Assembly: GCA_030156575.1 (NCBI GenBank)
Contig: JASGMG010000001.1
Span: 1-56,787, forward strand
Direction of reading: 5' to 3'
Origin: Patescibacteria group bacterium
GTDB lineage: Bacteria; Patescibacteriota; Saccharimonadia; Saccharimonadales; Saccharimonadaceae
DNA length: 56,787 nucleotides
The position numbers and the translations under genes were made by a program. This document shows positions 10,201-20,264 of the stretch, in pieces; position 1 is the stretch's first letter; every line of letters starts with the position of its first letter. The notes beneath the pieces are model-generated. The model had not been told where the DNA came from. It saw only the letters and a program-made list of their open reading frames with translations, and ran no database searches.

Positions 10201-11691
10201 ATGATAGAAGTGATAGTCGCTATTTTAATTGGCGCAATTACTGGGGCATTTGGCACTATTACGTATGAGAAACGTCGCCAAACAAATGGAAAATTAAAGG
10301 TTGAAAAAGAGATTGCGAATGCCAAAATTAAGGCTAGCGATATTATATTAAAGGCAAAAGATGAGGCCTTGCATTTAGAAAATGAACGTCGTAATGAATG
10401 GAAAAAGACAGAAAATCGTCTAGCTGATCGTGAGACGACTCTTGATAAAAAAATTGACGAGCTCGATAAACGTTCGGAAAAACTTCGTACTCAAGAGCGA
10501 GATGTAGAAGAATTAAAAGATGAAATTCGCGAAATTCGCACTAAACAACAGGATAAGCTTGAAAAGGTGGCAAAATTAACTAAAGCTGATGCTGCTGAAA
10601 AACTAATGCAAATGACTGAACGTGATATCAAGCAAGATTTAATCGGATTAGTTAACAAGTTACAAAATGATGCTAAGCAGGATGCTGATGAGTTAGCTCA
10701 AACTATTTTAGTTACGGCAATGGAACGTATGTCATCTGAAGTTACAGCTGAACGTACTGTAACGGCGCTTAAGCTGACTGATGATGAGATGAAGGGTCGC
10801 ATTATTGGTAAAGAGGGACGTAATATCCAAGCGCTTCAACGTGCTACAGGCGTTGATATTTTAGTAGATGATACGCCTGGAATGATTGTTCTTAGCTCAT
10901 TTGATCCAGTTCGTCGTCAAGTTGCTAGAATGAGTCTTGAACTATTAATGAAGGACGGGAGAATTCATCCGGGCCGCATTGAAGAAGTTGTTGCTAAAGC
11001 AGAATCTGAAATTAATAAAGAAGTTAATCGTGCAGGTGAAGATGCAGCTAGGGAAGTTGGAGTAGTTGGTATACCTAAAGAAATGCTACGACTTTTAGGA
11101 GAACTAAAATTCCGTACGAGTTATGGACAGAATGTTTTAATGCATAGCGTTGAGATGGCTCATTTGTCTGGTCTAATTGCAGAAGAAATCGGTGCAGATG
11201 TTCGTATCACTAAGATAGCGACTTTATTGCATGATACTGGCAAGGCTGTCACTCATAAAATGGAAGGTAAACATCATCATATTGCAGCTGAACTAGCTCG
11301 TAAATATGGTATGGATGAACGAATTGCACACGCAATTGATGCACATCATGACGACATAGAAGCTACAACTCCAGAAGCTTTGATTGTTCGAGTTTGTGAT
11401 GCATTGTCAACAGCTCGACCAGGTGCTCGTAATATTAGCGCTGAAAACTTCGTTGAACGTATGCGTGATTTAGAAAATATTGCGCTTGGATTTAATGGTA
11501 TTGATAAGGCTTATGCTATTAGTGCTGGGCGAGAAGTTCGTGTGATCGTTAGCCCTAAAACTATTGACGATTTAAGTGCTATTAAGCTTGCTAGAGATAT
11601 AGCGGTTAAGATTGAAAGTACTATGCAATATCCCGGTACTATCAAAGTTAATGTAATTCGTGAAACTCGTGCAATTGAGTTTGCTAAATAA
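10201..11691 (+). CDS. rny: Ribonuclease Y
   Basis: N-terminal TM, coiled coil, KH motif KGRIIGKEGRNI, HD domain (LLHDTGK). Confidence 0.97.
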   Translation: MIEVIVAILIGAITGAFGTITYEKRRQTNGKLKVEKEIANAKIKASDIILKAKDEALHLENERRNEWKKTENRLADRETTLDKKIDELDKRSEKLRTQERDVEELKDEIREIRTKQQDKLEKVAKLTKADAAEKLMQMTERDIKQDLIGLVNKLQNDAKQDADELAQTILVTAMERMSSEVTAERTVTALKLTDDEMKGRIIGKEGRNIQALQRATGVDILVDDTPGMIVLSSFDPVRRQVARMSLELLMKDGRIHPGRIEEVVAKAESEINKEVNRAGEDAAREVGVVGIPKEMLRLLGELKFRTSYGQNVLMHSVEMAHLSGLIAEEIGADVRITKIATLLHDTGKAVTHKMEGKHHHIAAELARKYGMDERIAHAIDAHHDDIEATTPEALIVRVCDALSTARPGARNISAENFVERMRDLENIALGFNGIDKAYAISAGREVRVIVSPKTIDDLSAIKLARDIAVKIESTMQYPGTIKVNVIRETRAIEFAK

Positions 11692-11702
11692 GATTAAAAT
11701 AT

Positions 11703-13391
11703 TTACTTGGTACCTATATAATATGGACTTGATTCGTAATCGCCTTGGATGGCTTTAATTTGCCAATAGCCATCAGGTATTATCGTTCCGTTCCAAGTCC
11801 AACCAGCAAGATTCTGCTGGTTGGACTGTTTATATGGTAAATAACGATTACGTTCGTTATGGTCGTCACGAAGCCAAATAGCACAATAATTTCCACCAGT
11901 TAGATTACAACCACTTCCCAATGAGTCACTGGATGTGTATCTATGTTCTGAAATTGCTCCACCGGTCTGTAGTAATATTGGTGATTCAGTGGTGCTATTT
12001 AGAGCAGTAGCGACCGTTAACGCCATGTTGGCATTTATAATGCCGTGTCCTAGTTCGTTAGTATAGGTTATTCCGTTCATAGCAGGCAATTTTGTAGTGG
12101 TCGCTGATATTAACGCAGTTATGTCGTTCACTGACGAATTTGGCCTAATTGACTTTATTAGCGACACTAAGCTAGCAACTTGAGGTGAAGCGAAAGAAGT
12201 GCCATATAATGAAGCAGTGTATAATGATGTGCTATTGCTAGATGTCCAAGTAGGCGAGTTGATAGTTCCTGATCCGGGAGCTACGACATCAAGATCTGGT
12301 CCATAACTACTAAAGCTAGCGCGTTGATCTTCTGATGTAGTAGCGCCAACTGATATAACATGGTCATTTAAGGCTGGATATCCCATAGCTCCGGCTGGTA
12401 AATTTAAACAACCTTGTTCGGTGCCAGAACCACAGTTACCCGCGGCTGCAACTACTACTACATTATGTGAGAATGCGTAATTGGTGGCTGTTTCTAATTC
12501 TGGATCAGATTCGTTTCCGCCCAAACTCATATTAATTACATCAGCGCCATTATCGACAGCATAATAAATAGCTGCTACGATGTCACTTGTATAGCCTGGA
12601 CCATCGTCACTGAGTGCTTGTAAGGGCATTATTTTTGTATTCCAGTTAATTGTAGTTATGCCTGTATTGTTGTTACCAGATGCTCCTGCCAATCCTGCTG
12701 TTTCTGTGCCATGAGCTACTCCTTCTCCATTTATATTTGTACGACCAGCTGATGGGTCGTTGTCTCCAATAGAGAAGTTCCAACCACGCCAATCATCCAT
12801 GTAGCCATTATTGTCATCATCACAGTTATTAACGCTTTTATCTTTGGTTGTTCCGGTCCAACATAGATCGCCAACTTTTGTATTACCTGTTTCATTAGTG
12901 TTGATTAGCCAATTGTTCTTTAAATCATCATGATTCAACGCAAATCCTGTGTCAATTATAGCTATAACGGTTTGGTTGTTTCCAGTTGATATATCCCATG
13001 CGGCTGGTGCATTTACCTTTTGAATAGCCCAATTGTTAGCATAACCAGGGTCATTAGCTGTAAGTAATGGATAATATATATTTTCTTTGGGAGTGGATTG
13101 GCGGATTTCGTTTTGTTTTTTAGACTTTGTAGTTGGAGTTAATGGACTGATAGTGGTTTCGGTGCGGGGAACGTTTATAACTGTTTCTTCTATATCATCG
13201 ACAGTTGTACTTTGTTCTGATGTTTTAGATGCAAGTTCTTTGTCTGTATAGGTAGTCTTAGACGTTATGGTATTAGGCTTCGTATTCTTAGATATAGGAC
13301 GAATTTGGACATAACGAAGCCAGATAGTAATAATAATTGCAATTACGATTAGGCAAAATAATGTTGCTATGATAATTTTTTTATGTTTCAT
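11703..13391 (-). CDS. Membrane-anchored/secreted subtilisin-like S8 serine peptidase
   Basis: Catalytic triad motifs IIDTG, HGT, GTSFASP; AAAGN oxyanion motif; N-terminal hydrophobic helix. Confidence 0.92.
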   Translation of the reverse strand: MKHKKIIIATLFCLIVIAIIITIWLRYVQIRPISKNTKPNTITSKTTYTDKELASKTSEQSTTVDDIEETVINVPRTETTISPLTPTTKSKKQNEIRQSTPKENIYYPLLTANDPGYANNWAIQKVNAPAAWDISTGNNQTVIAIIDTGFALNHDDLKNNWLINTNETGNTKVGDLCWTGTTKDKSVNNCDDDNNGYMDDWRGWNFSIGDNDPSAGRTNINGEGVAHGTETAGLAGASGNNNTGITTINWNTKIMPLQALSDDGPGYTSDIVAAIYYAVDNGADVINMSLGGNESDPELETATNYAFSHNVVVVAAAGNCGSGTEQGCLNLPAGAMGYPALNDHVISVGATTSEDQRASFSSYGPDLDVVAPGSGTINSPTWTSSNSTSLYTASLYGTSFASPQVASLVSLIKSIRPNSSVNDITALISATTTKLPAMNGITYTNELGHGIINANMALTVATALNSTTESPILLQTGGAISEHRYTSSDSLGSGCNLTGGNYCAIWLRDDHNERNRYLPYKQSNQQNLAGWTWNGTIIPDGYWQIKAIQGDYESSPYYIGTK

Positions 13392-13481
13392 AAATTTAAA
13401 TTAGTTACATATTAAATATAACATGTGGTAATCAAAAGCACATTAGTATTGGTGGTGTGGTGCATGCTAAAATATTTAGAT

Positions 13482-15965
13482 ATGGATATGCAACAAATTA
13501 AAGGTCTTTCAACTCGCGATGTGGATAATAGACTTAAAAAATTTGGATATAATGAACTTCCAAATAAGAATAAGAAAAATTTTTTCAAGATTGTTGTTGG
13601 TTTAATAACGGAGCCGATGATATTTTTATTGTTGGTGACTGTTTGTATTTATTTTATATTGGGTGACAAGAACGAGGCAGTGTTGTTGTTGATATCATTT
13701 TTTGGAATTATTAGCATAGAATTATATCAAGAATCTAAAACAGAAAAATCATTAGAAGCTCTTAGGAATTTATCGAGTCCAACTTGTGATGTAATTAGAA
13801 ATAGTAAGCAGATAACTATTCCTGGCCGTGAGGTTGTAGTAGGTGATATTGTTATATTGTCAGAGGGTAGTAGGGTTTCGGCTGATGCAAGATTAATATC
13901 TGCAGAAAGCTTAGAGATTGACGAATCTTTATTAACAGGAGAGTCGGTGGCAGTCGAAAAGCACATTAACAATGATGATAATAAAGCTAATCTTGTGTTC
14001 TCTGGGACGTTAGTAATAAAAGGTCATGGAATTGCTGAAGTAACTAATATTGGACAAAATACAGAAATTGGTGAGATTGGTAAATCGTTGAAGTCAATTA
14101 ATATTGAAAAAACACTATTACAAAGAGACGTTAATAAGGTTGTAAAATTGGTTGCTATATTGGCGATACTTTCATCTTTATTCTTAGTCTTTATCTATTG
14201 GCTTCAAAGTGGAAATTTTATCAAAGGGATGTTGGCTGGTTTAACGCTAGCTATTGCTATATTGCCAGAAGAGTTTCCCGTTGTTCTGGCAATATTCTTG
14301 ACTTTAGGCGCTTGGAGATTGGCTAAGATTAATGTCTTAGCTCGTAAATCTCAAACAATTGAAACTCTTGGTAGTACGACAGTTTTGTGTGTTGATAAAA
14401 CTGGAACATTAACTGAAAATCGAATGAAGATTATTAATGTTATTGATGCAAATGGTGTGTTTTATAGTGATTTTAATGAGACGTCCGAGTTAATAGAGTA
14501 TGGCGTATTAGCATCTCAAAAGAACCCATTTGACCCAATGGAAGAAGCTTTTATTGAGGCTGGTCAGCAGGTTTTTAATGACATTGGAGATATATATAAG
14601 CGCAGAGTTATTGTGAAAGAATATCCATTAGAAGAGGATGCTCTATCGGTTGTGCACGCTTGGGGTAATGGAACTCATATTAAGGTAGTCGCTTTAAAAG
14701 GTGCTCCAGAAGCGGTTTTTAAATTGTGCAACTTAGATAATGATAGGCGACATAAATTAAAGACAGAAATCAAAAGATTAGCGACAAAAGGCCTGCGAGT
14801 AATTGCGGTGGCAAAAGGCAAAGCCACAAACTTTATTCCAGATAGTCGTGAGGAGTTTGAATTTGAATTTTTAGGTTTAGTCGGATTGGCTGATCCTATT
14901 CGAAAAGAAGTCCCATCGGCAATAAAACTATGTAAAGAGGCTGGTGTTAGAGTAGTTATGATAACGGGTGATTATCCAGAAACTGCAATGTCGATTGCCG
15001 AAAGTATAGGTTTGAGTTGTGATAATGCTATTACTGGTGCTGAATTCGGACGATTATCCAAAAGAAAAGAAAAAGAAATTATTAAAAATATCTCAGTATT
15101 TAGTCGTGTGACTCCTTCGGATAAGTTGACTATTGTTGATGCGTTTAAAAAAGCTGGTGAAGTTGTTGCTATGACTGGTGATGGAGTGAATGACGCTCCG
15201 GCGTTAAAAGCAGCTAATGTCGGCGTTGCTATGGGCAAAAGGGGTACGGACGTTGCTAGAGAGGCGGCTAGTATAGTTTTGCTTGACGATAACTTTACCT
15301 CAATTGTAAATGGTATTAGCTTAGGTCGTCGAATATATGATAATTTACAAAAAGCGATGTCCTATATTATTTCAATTCATATCCCAATTGCCTTATTGTC
15401 GTTGTTACCTGTGATATTTAAATGGCCATTAGTTTTAACCCCTATACATATTGTATTCTTAGAGCTAGTGATTGACCCTAGTTGTACTATAATCTTTGAA
15501 AATGAAAAAGCAAGTTCGGATATTATGAAAAGACAACCTAGGGGGTTGAACTCTTCTATTTTTAATAGAAAAATGGTTATAAGTAGTCTTATGCAAGGGT
15601 TAATGATGGCCGTATTTGTAGTTTTCTCATTTGGGTTGTTACTCGATATAGGTTGGGAAAATGACAAGGCTAGAGGGATGACATTCTTGATATTAATCAT
15701 TGCTAATATATTATTAGTTTTATCTATTTCTGGAAAACAGGCATTAGCTAATATAATCCACCATGAAAATATAGCAATGTTAGCTATACTATCAATAACT
15801 TCAATATCATTGCTAATTGTATTTAACTTGCCAATGTTGCGTGATTTATTCCAATTTGGACAGCTATCTCTTACTGAAGTATTAGTAGGTGTTTTAGTAG
15901 GGGCTATATCTGTAGTTGGAACAATTCCTTTTAGAGCTTTAATTAAAAGAACTGTTAAAAGTTAA
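13482..15965 (+). CDS. Cation-transporting P-type ATPase (type II-like)
   Basis: TGES, PEE, DKTGT, KGAPE, TGD, TGDGVNDAPAL; start likely ATG 13482 after TGcTAAAAT. Confidence 0.95.
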   Translation: MDMQQIKGLSTRDVDNRLKKFGYNELPNKNKKNFFKIVVGLITEPMIFLLLVTVCIYFILGDKNEAVLLLISFFGIISIELYQESKTEKSLEALRNLSSPTCDVIRNSKQITIPGREVVVGDIVILSEGSRVSADARLISAESLEIDESLLTGESVAVEKHINNDDNKANLVFSGTLVIKGHGIAEVTNIGQNTEIGEIGKSLKSINIEKTLLQRDVNKVVKLVAILAILSSLFLVFIYWLQSGNFIKGMLAGLTLAIAILPEEFPVVLAIFLTLGAWRLAKINVLARKSQTIETLGSTTVLCVDKTGTLTENRMKIINVIDANGVFYSDFNETSELIEYGVLASQKNPFDPMEEAFIEAGQQVFNDIGDIYKRRVIVKEYPLEEDALSVVHAWGNGTHIKVVALKGAPEAVFKLCNLDNDRRHKLKTEIKRLATKGLRVIAVAKGKATNFIPDSREEFEFEFLGLVGLADPIRKEVPSAIKLCKEAGVRVVMITGDYPETAMSIAESIGLSCDNAITGAEFGRLSKRKEKEIIKNISVFSRVTPSDKLTIVDAFKKAGEVVAMTGDGVNDAPALKAANVGVAMGKRGTDVAREAASIVLLDDNFTSIVNGISLGRRIYDNLQKAMSYIISIHIPIALLSLLPVIFKWPLVLTPIHIVFLELVIDPSCTIIFENEKASSDIMKRQPRGLNSSIFNRKMVISSLMQGLMMAVFVVFSFGLLLDIGWENDKARGMTFLILIIANILLVLSISGKQALANIIHHENIAMLAILSITSISLLIVFNLPMLRDLFQFGQLSLTEVLVGVLVGAISVVGTIPFRALIKRTVKS

Positions 15966-16050
15966 TAAAAGAGTATCGTTTAATGTAAGGTTGTCGAAGT
16001 TAGGCCTGATCTTAAAGAAATAGCAAGACTATTTATATTTACTATAAAGT

Positions 16051-16082
16051 TAAATCCACCATACGATATGATGGTGGATTTA
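16051..16082. terminator. Hairpin between convergent ATPase and tRNA-Pro
   Basis: TAAATCCACCAT-N8-ATGGTGGATTTA 12-bp stem. Confidence 0.65.
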
Positions 16083-16096
16083 GCGAAAATTCTTCT

Positions 16097-16172
16097 TGGT
16101 CGGGGTGAAAGGACTCAAACCTTCGACCTCTCGGTCCCAAACCGAGCGCGCTATCAACTGCGCCACACCCCG
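16097..16172 (-). tRNA. tRNA-Pro(TGG)
   Basis: Cloverleaf CGGGGTG...CTCGG-TTTGGGA-CCGAG...CACCCCGACCA. Confidence 0.95.
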
Positions 16173-16278
16173 ATGATGTTACTAGATGAATTATAACGCA
16201 ATTCTAATTTGAATTCTAGTCTTATAATCTATTACTTGTCGATTATGTAATAACAAGCTAATATAGTAATAATAAAAT

Positions 16279-17838
16279 ATGTTTAAATCAAAAAAACGAA
16301 TTTTAAGTTTACAAACGAAGGACTGGATAATTATCTTGATTAGTCTAATAGTTTTTGCGTTCATAACATTTTTAACTATTTCTAAATTTTCAATTTGGTT
16401 TGATGAGGCGTTTGGAGCCTATTTGTCCCATTTCAGTTTTTTGGATATTGCTAAGTATACAGCGAGCGATGTACATCCACCCCTTTATTATTGGTTATTG
16501 AAGCTTTGGAGCGCGATATTTGGTAATAATGAAATAGCTATTCGTTCAATGAGTGCATTTTTTGGTGGGGTTTCAATTGTTATTGGTTATTTGCTGATTA
16601 ATAGGCTTTTTGATAAAAAGGTTGCACGGATTAGCTTGATATTCATGGTTCTTTCACCGATGCTAGTGCGTTATAGCCAAGAGGCTAGAATGTATACAAT
16701 GGTTACGGCTATAGCTTTAGCTGCGACTTATACTCTAACTTTTGCGATTACAACAAAAAAGAAGTTACCTTGGATTATTTATGGAATACTAATTAGTCTA
16801 GGTATGTGGACACATTATTTTTCAGCGCTTGTCTGGATATCTCATTGGATTTGGCGGGCCGATATTATCCGACGAGTTTCTCGAAAAGGCGAATTTATCA
16901 AAAGCTTCTTTACGAGGGAATGGATTATGGCTCATGTTGTAGCAATTGCTCTTTTTGTTCCTTGGGTGCCATCTTTTATATATCAAGTCTTAAATGTGCA
17001 AGTTAATGGATTCTGGATACCGGCAGTAACGCCAGATACTATTTTAAACTTTATTACTAATATTATATATTATCAAGAAGTAGGCAGAGTAACCGGTTGG
17101 TTAGCTCTTGCGTTATTATTGGCTGTTGTCTTACTAATAACTTTGGCATTTAAAATTTATAAATTACAAAACGAAGGACAACGCCAAGGCTATAGGTTAA
17201 TAGCTATATTGGCTTTTATACCTGTCATCTTATTATTCGTTTTGTCTATGCCACCTCTTCGTTCATCCTTCGTCGATCGGTATTTAATTCCTTCAACATT
17301 TTTCATTGCATTATTCATAGGAGTAACCTTAGCCTTTAGCTATAAACTTATTGGGTTTAAGCGCCAATTAATAATTATTATATTTACAATTATTCTTGTT
17401 ATAGTCGGTATTAATAATGTTTGGCAATTGGGTAATTATAATAAGACTTCGAATACTTCAAACAATGCTAGACATATCATTGAAACAATTATTAGTAGTT
17501 CGAACGATAACTTGCCTATAATAGCTGATTCACCGTGGTTATTTTATGAAACTATTTTTTATTCAACTAATGAACATCCAGTATATTTTATAGATGAGAA
17601 GACCTCCTATGACTATGGTTCTCTTGATATGCTCAAATATAATAATCAACATAAGATTATGGACATAAATGCTTTTACTAAAATCAATCCAGTTGTTTGG
17701 TATATTGGATGTCCAGGTGAAAATAACTTTGACGCACCATACTCAAGTTGGAAAGCTATAAGAAGTATAACTGTCAATGACGCCCTTACAGGTAAGCCGT
17801 CGTATAAAGCCATACAGTATACAACTGTAAACAACTAA
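16279..17838 (+). CDS. GT-C fold membrane glycosyltransferase (GT39/PMT-like)
   Basis: SIWFDE, DVHPPLYY, YSQEARMY motifs; many TM helices. Confidence 0.85.
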   Translation: MFKSKKRILSLQTKDWIIILISLIVFAFITFLTISKFSIWFDEAFGAYLSHFSFLDIAKYTASDVHPPLYYWLLKLWSAIFGNNEIAIRSMSAFFGGVSIVIGYLLINRLFDKKVARISLIFMVLSPMLVRYSQEARMYTMVTAIALAATYTLTFAITTKKKLPWIIYGILISLGMWTHYFSALVWISHWIWRADIIRRVSRKGEFIKSFFTREWIMAHVVAIALFVPWVPSFIYQVLNVQVNGFWIPAVTPDTILNFITNIIYYQEVGRVTGWLALALLLAVVLLITLAFKIYKLQNEGQRQGYRLIAILAFIPVILLFVLSMPPLRSSFVDRYLIPSTFFIALFIGVTLAFSYKLIGFKRQLIIIIFTIILVIVGINNVWQLGNYNKTSNTSNNARHIIETIISSSNDNLPIIADSPWLFYETIFYSTNEHPVYFIDEKTSYDYGSLDMLKYNNQHKIMDINAFTKINPVVWYIGCPGENNFDAPYSSWKAIRSITVNDALTGKPSYKAIQYTTVNN

Positions 17839-17847
17839 CTATTTTAT

Positions 17848-18573
17848 TTATCTAGGTCGTTTTAAAGCAGTCTTACGCGCTGATTCTACAAGACTATCAT
17901 CGATCACTTTATTCTTTTTGAATTCACCATATTTGTTAATTATTGCTTTTTCAATTAGGAAATCAGTAATTTCAGGGTTCTTCGGTAATAATGAGCCATG
18001 TAGATAACTACCTATAACGTTTTTATAGCGTGCGCCTTCGCTGATGTCTTCAGAATTATTACCTGCGCCTAAACGAACGGCTCCAAGCGCCAAAACGTTG
18101 TGACCTAGAAAAGTTTGGCCACTATGATTTTCATAACCAATTATGTCACCAAATTGTTTACTATTAACAATAATATTACCAATTAGACGTTCTGATTTGG
18201 CGTATGTTTCGATATCAAAAATTTCGATGCCTTTTATAATTTTATTATCGTTAGTTTTGAAGAAATTACCAAATAACTGATACAAACCGCAAATTACTAG
18301 CATAGGGGCACCATTGTCTGCCATCTTTTGTAGATGGTGTTTTATCCTTAATAAATCTGATTGGATTTTATCCTGTCCACTATCTTGACCGCCACCTCCG
18401 ACAATGATGTCAACCTCATCTGGAAACTTATCACCTTGGTTGTACTCTATTACTTTAGGCGTATACCCATACCATTCTAATCGTCTTTTTAATGTAAGAA
18501 CATTACCGTAATCGCCGTAAATGTTCATATCATTTGAGTATAAGTGTAATATTTTAATAGTCTTGTTGTTCAT
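17848..18573 (-). CDS. gatD: Lipid II isoglutaminyl synthase glutaminase subunit GatD (CobQ-like)
   Basis: MNIYGDYGN, GGGQD, ICGLYQ, GYENHSG, YLHG..LPKNP; coupled to murT. Confidence 0.9.
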   Translation of the reverse strand: MNNKTIKILHLYSNDMNIYGDYGNVLTLKRRLEWYGYTPKVIEYNQGDKFPDEVDIIVGGGGQDSGQDKIQSDLLRIKHHLQKMADNGAPMLVICGLYQLFGNFFKTNDNKIIKGIEIFDIETYAKSERLIGNIIVNSKQFGDIIGYENHSGQTFLGHNVLALGAVRLGAGNNSEDISEGARYKNVIGSYLHGSLLPKNPEITDFLIEKAIINKYGEFKKNKVIDDSLVESARKTALKRPR

Positions 18574-19841
18574 TTTATAGCCTCTACGTTTGTGAATTTA
18601 TTTAGAATACGACGAATAGTAATCATAGCAGTATAAGTACAATATATCCGTTTGGGCTGATTAGGCGAGACTGCGATAAAATGTTTAATAGCTTTTTTTA
18701 AATTAGGGTTTATATATTTAATTGGAACCTCGTCATACTGTAATCTTAAAGCCATGTCGTATGCTCTAATGCCAGATATTTGAGTTACGCCTAATTTTTT
18801 TAGACTACTAAAATCAACATCCCATAGCCATGACATATCCCTTCCATCGGCATAGTTATCATTAATTGCTATCATAGTCGAATAACCTAGTGGGTTGAAT
18901 GACTTGAGGCCTAACCGAAAACCTGATGGATTCTTAACTAATACTAATTCGATGGGTTGTTTGTCTAATATTAATATCTCACCTCGTCCAAAAGCTGGCG
19001 TGATTTGAGATAATGTTTCAATAAGCTTTGATTGATCTAATTTATTACCAAGAATAACTTTAACTAATGTTAATGCCGCCGCTGCATTGAAAACATTATA
19101 TATTCCAGTTAATTTAAGATCGGTTTTAACTTCTTTACCGTCGATTAGAAAAGTAGCTGAGTTGGTTTTGAACTTTGACAATATAACATCTGCCTTAGTA
19201 ACTATTCGTTTTTTTATTACTTTTGTGTGTAGATTGTCGTCACTAGGGAAAACTGACAGTAGTTTGTCATCAAGTCCAAATAAATGTACTTTTTTATCGT
19301 CTAACGATAGAGCTATTCCTGCGACTCTAGGATCTTCACGATTTAAAACTACTTTTTCAGTTGTGGAATTAGCTATGTGACGAAGAAGATTAGTTGTATG
19401 ATTTATTTCACCAAAGCGATCAAGTTGATCTCGCATTACATTTAATATAAGGCTAAAGCGTGGAGGTATTCTATCAACAAAATTTATTGCATGAGCTTCA
19501 TCTAGCTCTAATACTGCAATATCAGCATGTAATCGGCCATGTATATCGATATCACCAAGCAGAGCGGCTGCAACACCGCGACTAAAATTACTGCCAGTTT
19601 TATTTGTGAATACTTTTAAACCTTGATCTTGTAATAATTCAACAACCATTTTTGTAGTAGTGGTCTTGCCATTTGTGCCACTAATTACTACTACCCCAAG
19701 AGGCAATGTGGCCAATGTATGCTTTATAAAGTTAGGATCAAGATGCTCAACAACTAATCCAGGTAAGGCAGAACCACCTCCACGTAATTTGGCGATATTT
19801 TTGACTGATTTTCCTAAAATTGTAATTAGTTGCTTTGACAT
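18570..19841 (-). CDS. murT: Lipid II isoglutaminyl synthase Mur-ligase subunit MurT
   Basis: GSALPG, GTNGKTTT, RDQLDRFGE, LVKNP, ADGRDMSWLWDVDF. Confidence 0.92.
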   Translation of the reverse strand: MSKQLITILGKSVKNIAKLRGGGSALPGLVVEHLDPNFIKHTLATLPLGVVVISGTNGKTTTTKMVVELLQDQGLKVFTNKTGSNFSRGVAAALLGDIDIHGRLHADIAVLELDEAHAINFVDRIPPRFSLILNVMRDQLDRFGEINHTTNLLRHIANSTTEKVVLNREDPRVAGIALSLDDKKVHLFGLDDKLLSVFPSDDNLHTKVIKKRIVTKADVILSKFKTNSATFLIDGKEVKTDLKLTGIYNVFNAAAALTLVKVILGNKLDQSKLIETLSQITPAFGRGEILILDKQPIELVLVKNPSGFRLGLKSFNPLGYSTMIAINDNYADGRDMSWLWDVDFSSLKKLGVTQISGIRAYDMALRLQYDEVPIKYINPNLKKAIKHFIAVSPNQPKRIYCTYTAMITIRRILNKFTNVEAIK

Positions 19842-19877
19842 ATGGTCTATTATAACGTAAGCAGTTATAATAGTAAC

Positions 19878-20264
19878 ATGTTTTTAATGGGTATGTTATC
19901 CTGGTGGTATAGTAATGGTTTGTTAGGCCGTGTTCGCACCATGAAAGACAGACTAATAACTTCAGTTGATTTTTTCTCGATAAATTTATTAATCTCAACA
20001 CTATTTGCACCATATAAACAAATTTCGGCAGGTGCTGTTGTTGGATCTTTAACTAATCAAATGCATGCATTTTTTGACAGATTAGTTTCTCGTTTTATTG
20101 GCGCATTCGTACGTGGTTTTATGATATTACTTGGTTCGTTTACTATACTTCTACAGGTTGTATTCGGAGTTACTGTTTTGATATTTTGGCTAATTTTACC
20201 GTTGCTTCCAATAATTGGACTAATTTTGACAGTGGTTGATTGGATTCCTATATGGAAGATCTAA
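19878..20264 (+). CDS. Small membrane protein upstream of the membrane-anchored Clp ATPase
   Basis: WWY and TLFAPYK motifs, hydrophobic C-terminus; ATG 19878 lies 6 nt after TATAAT; overlaps the next gene. Confidence 0.7.
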   Translation: MFLMGMLSWWYSNGLLGRVRTMKDRLITSVDFFSINLLISTLFAPYKQISAGAVVGSLTNQMHAFFDRLVSRFIGAFVRGFMILLGSFTILLQVVFGVTVLIFWLILPLLPIIGLILTVVDWIPIWKI

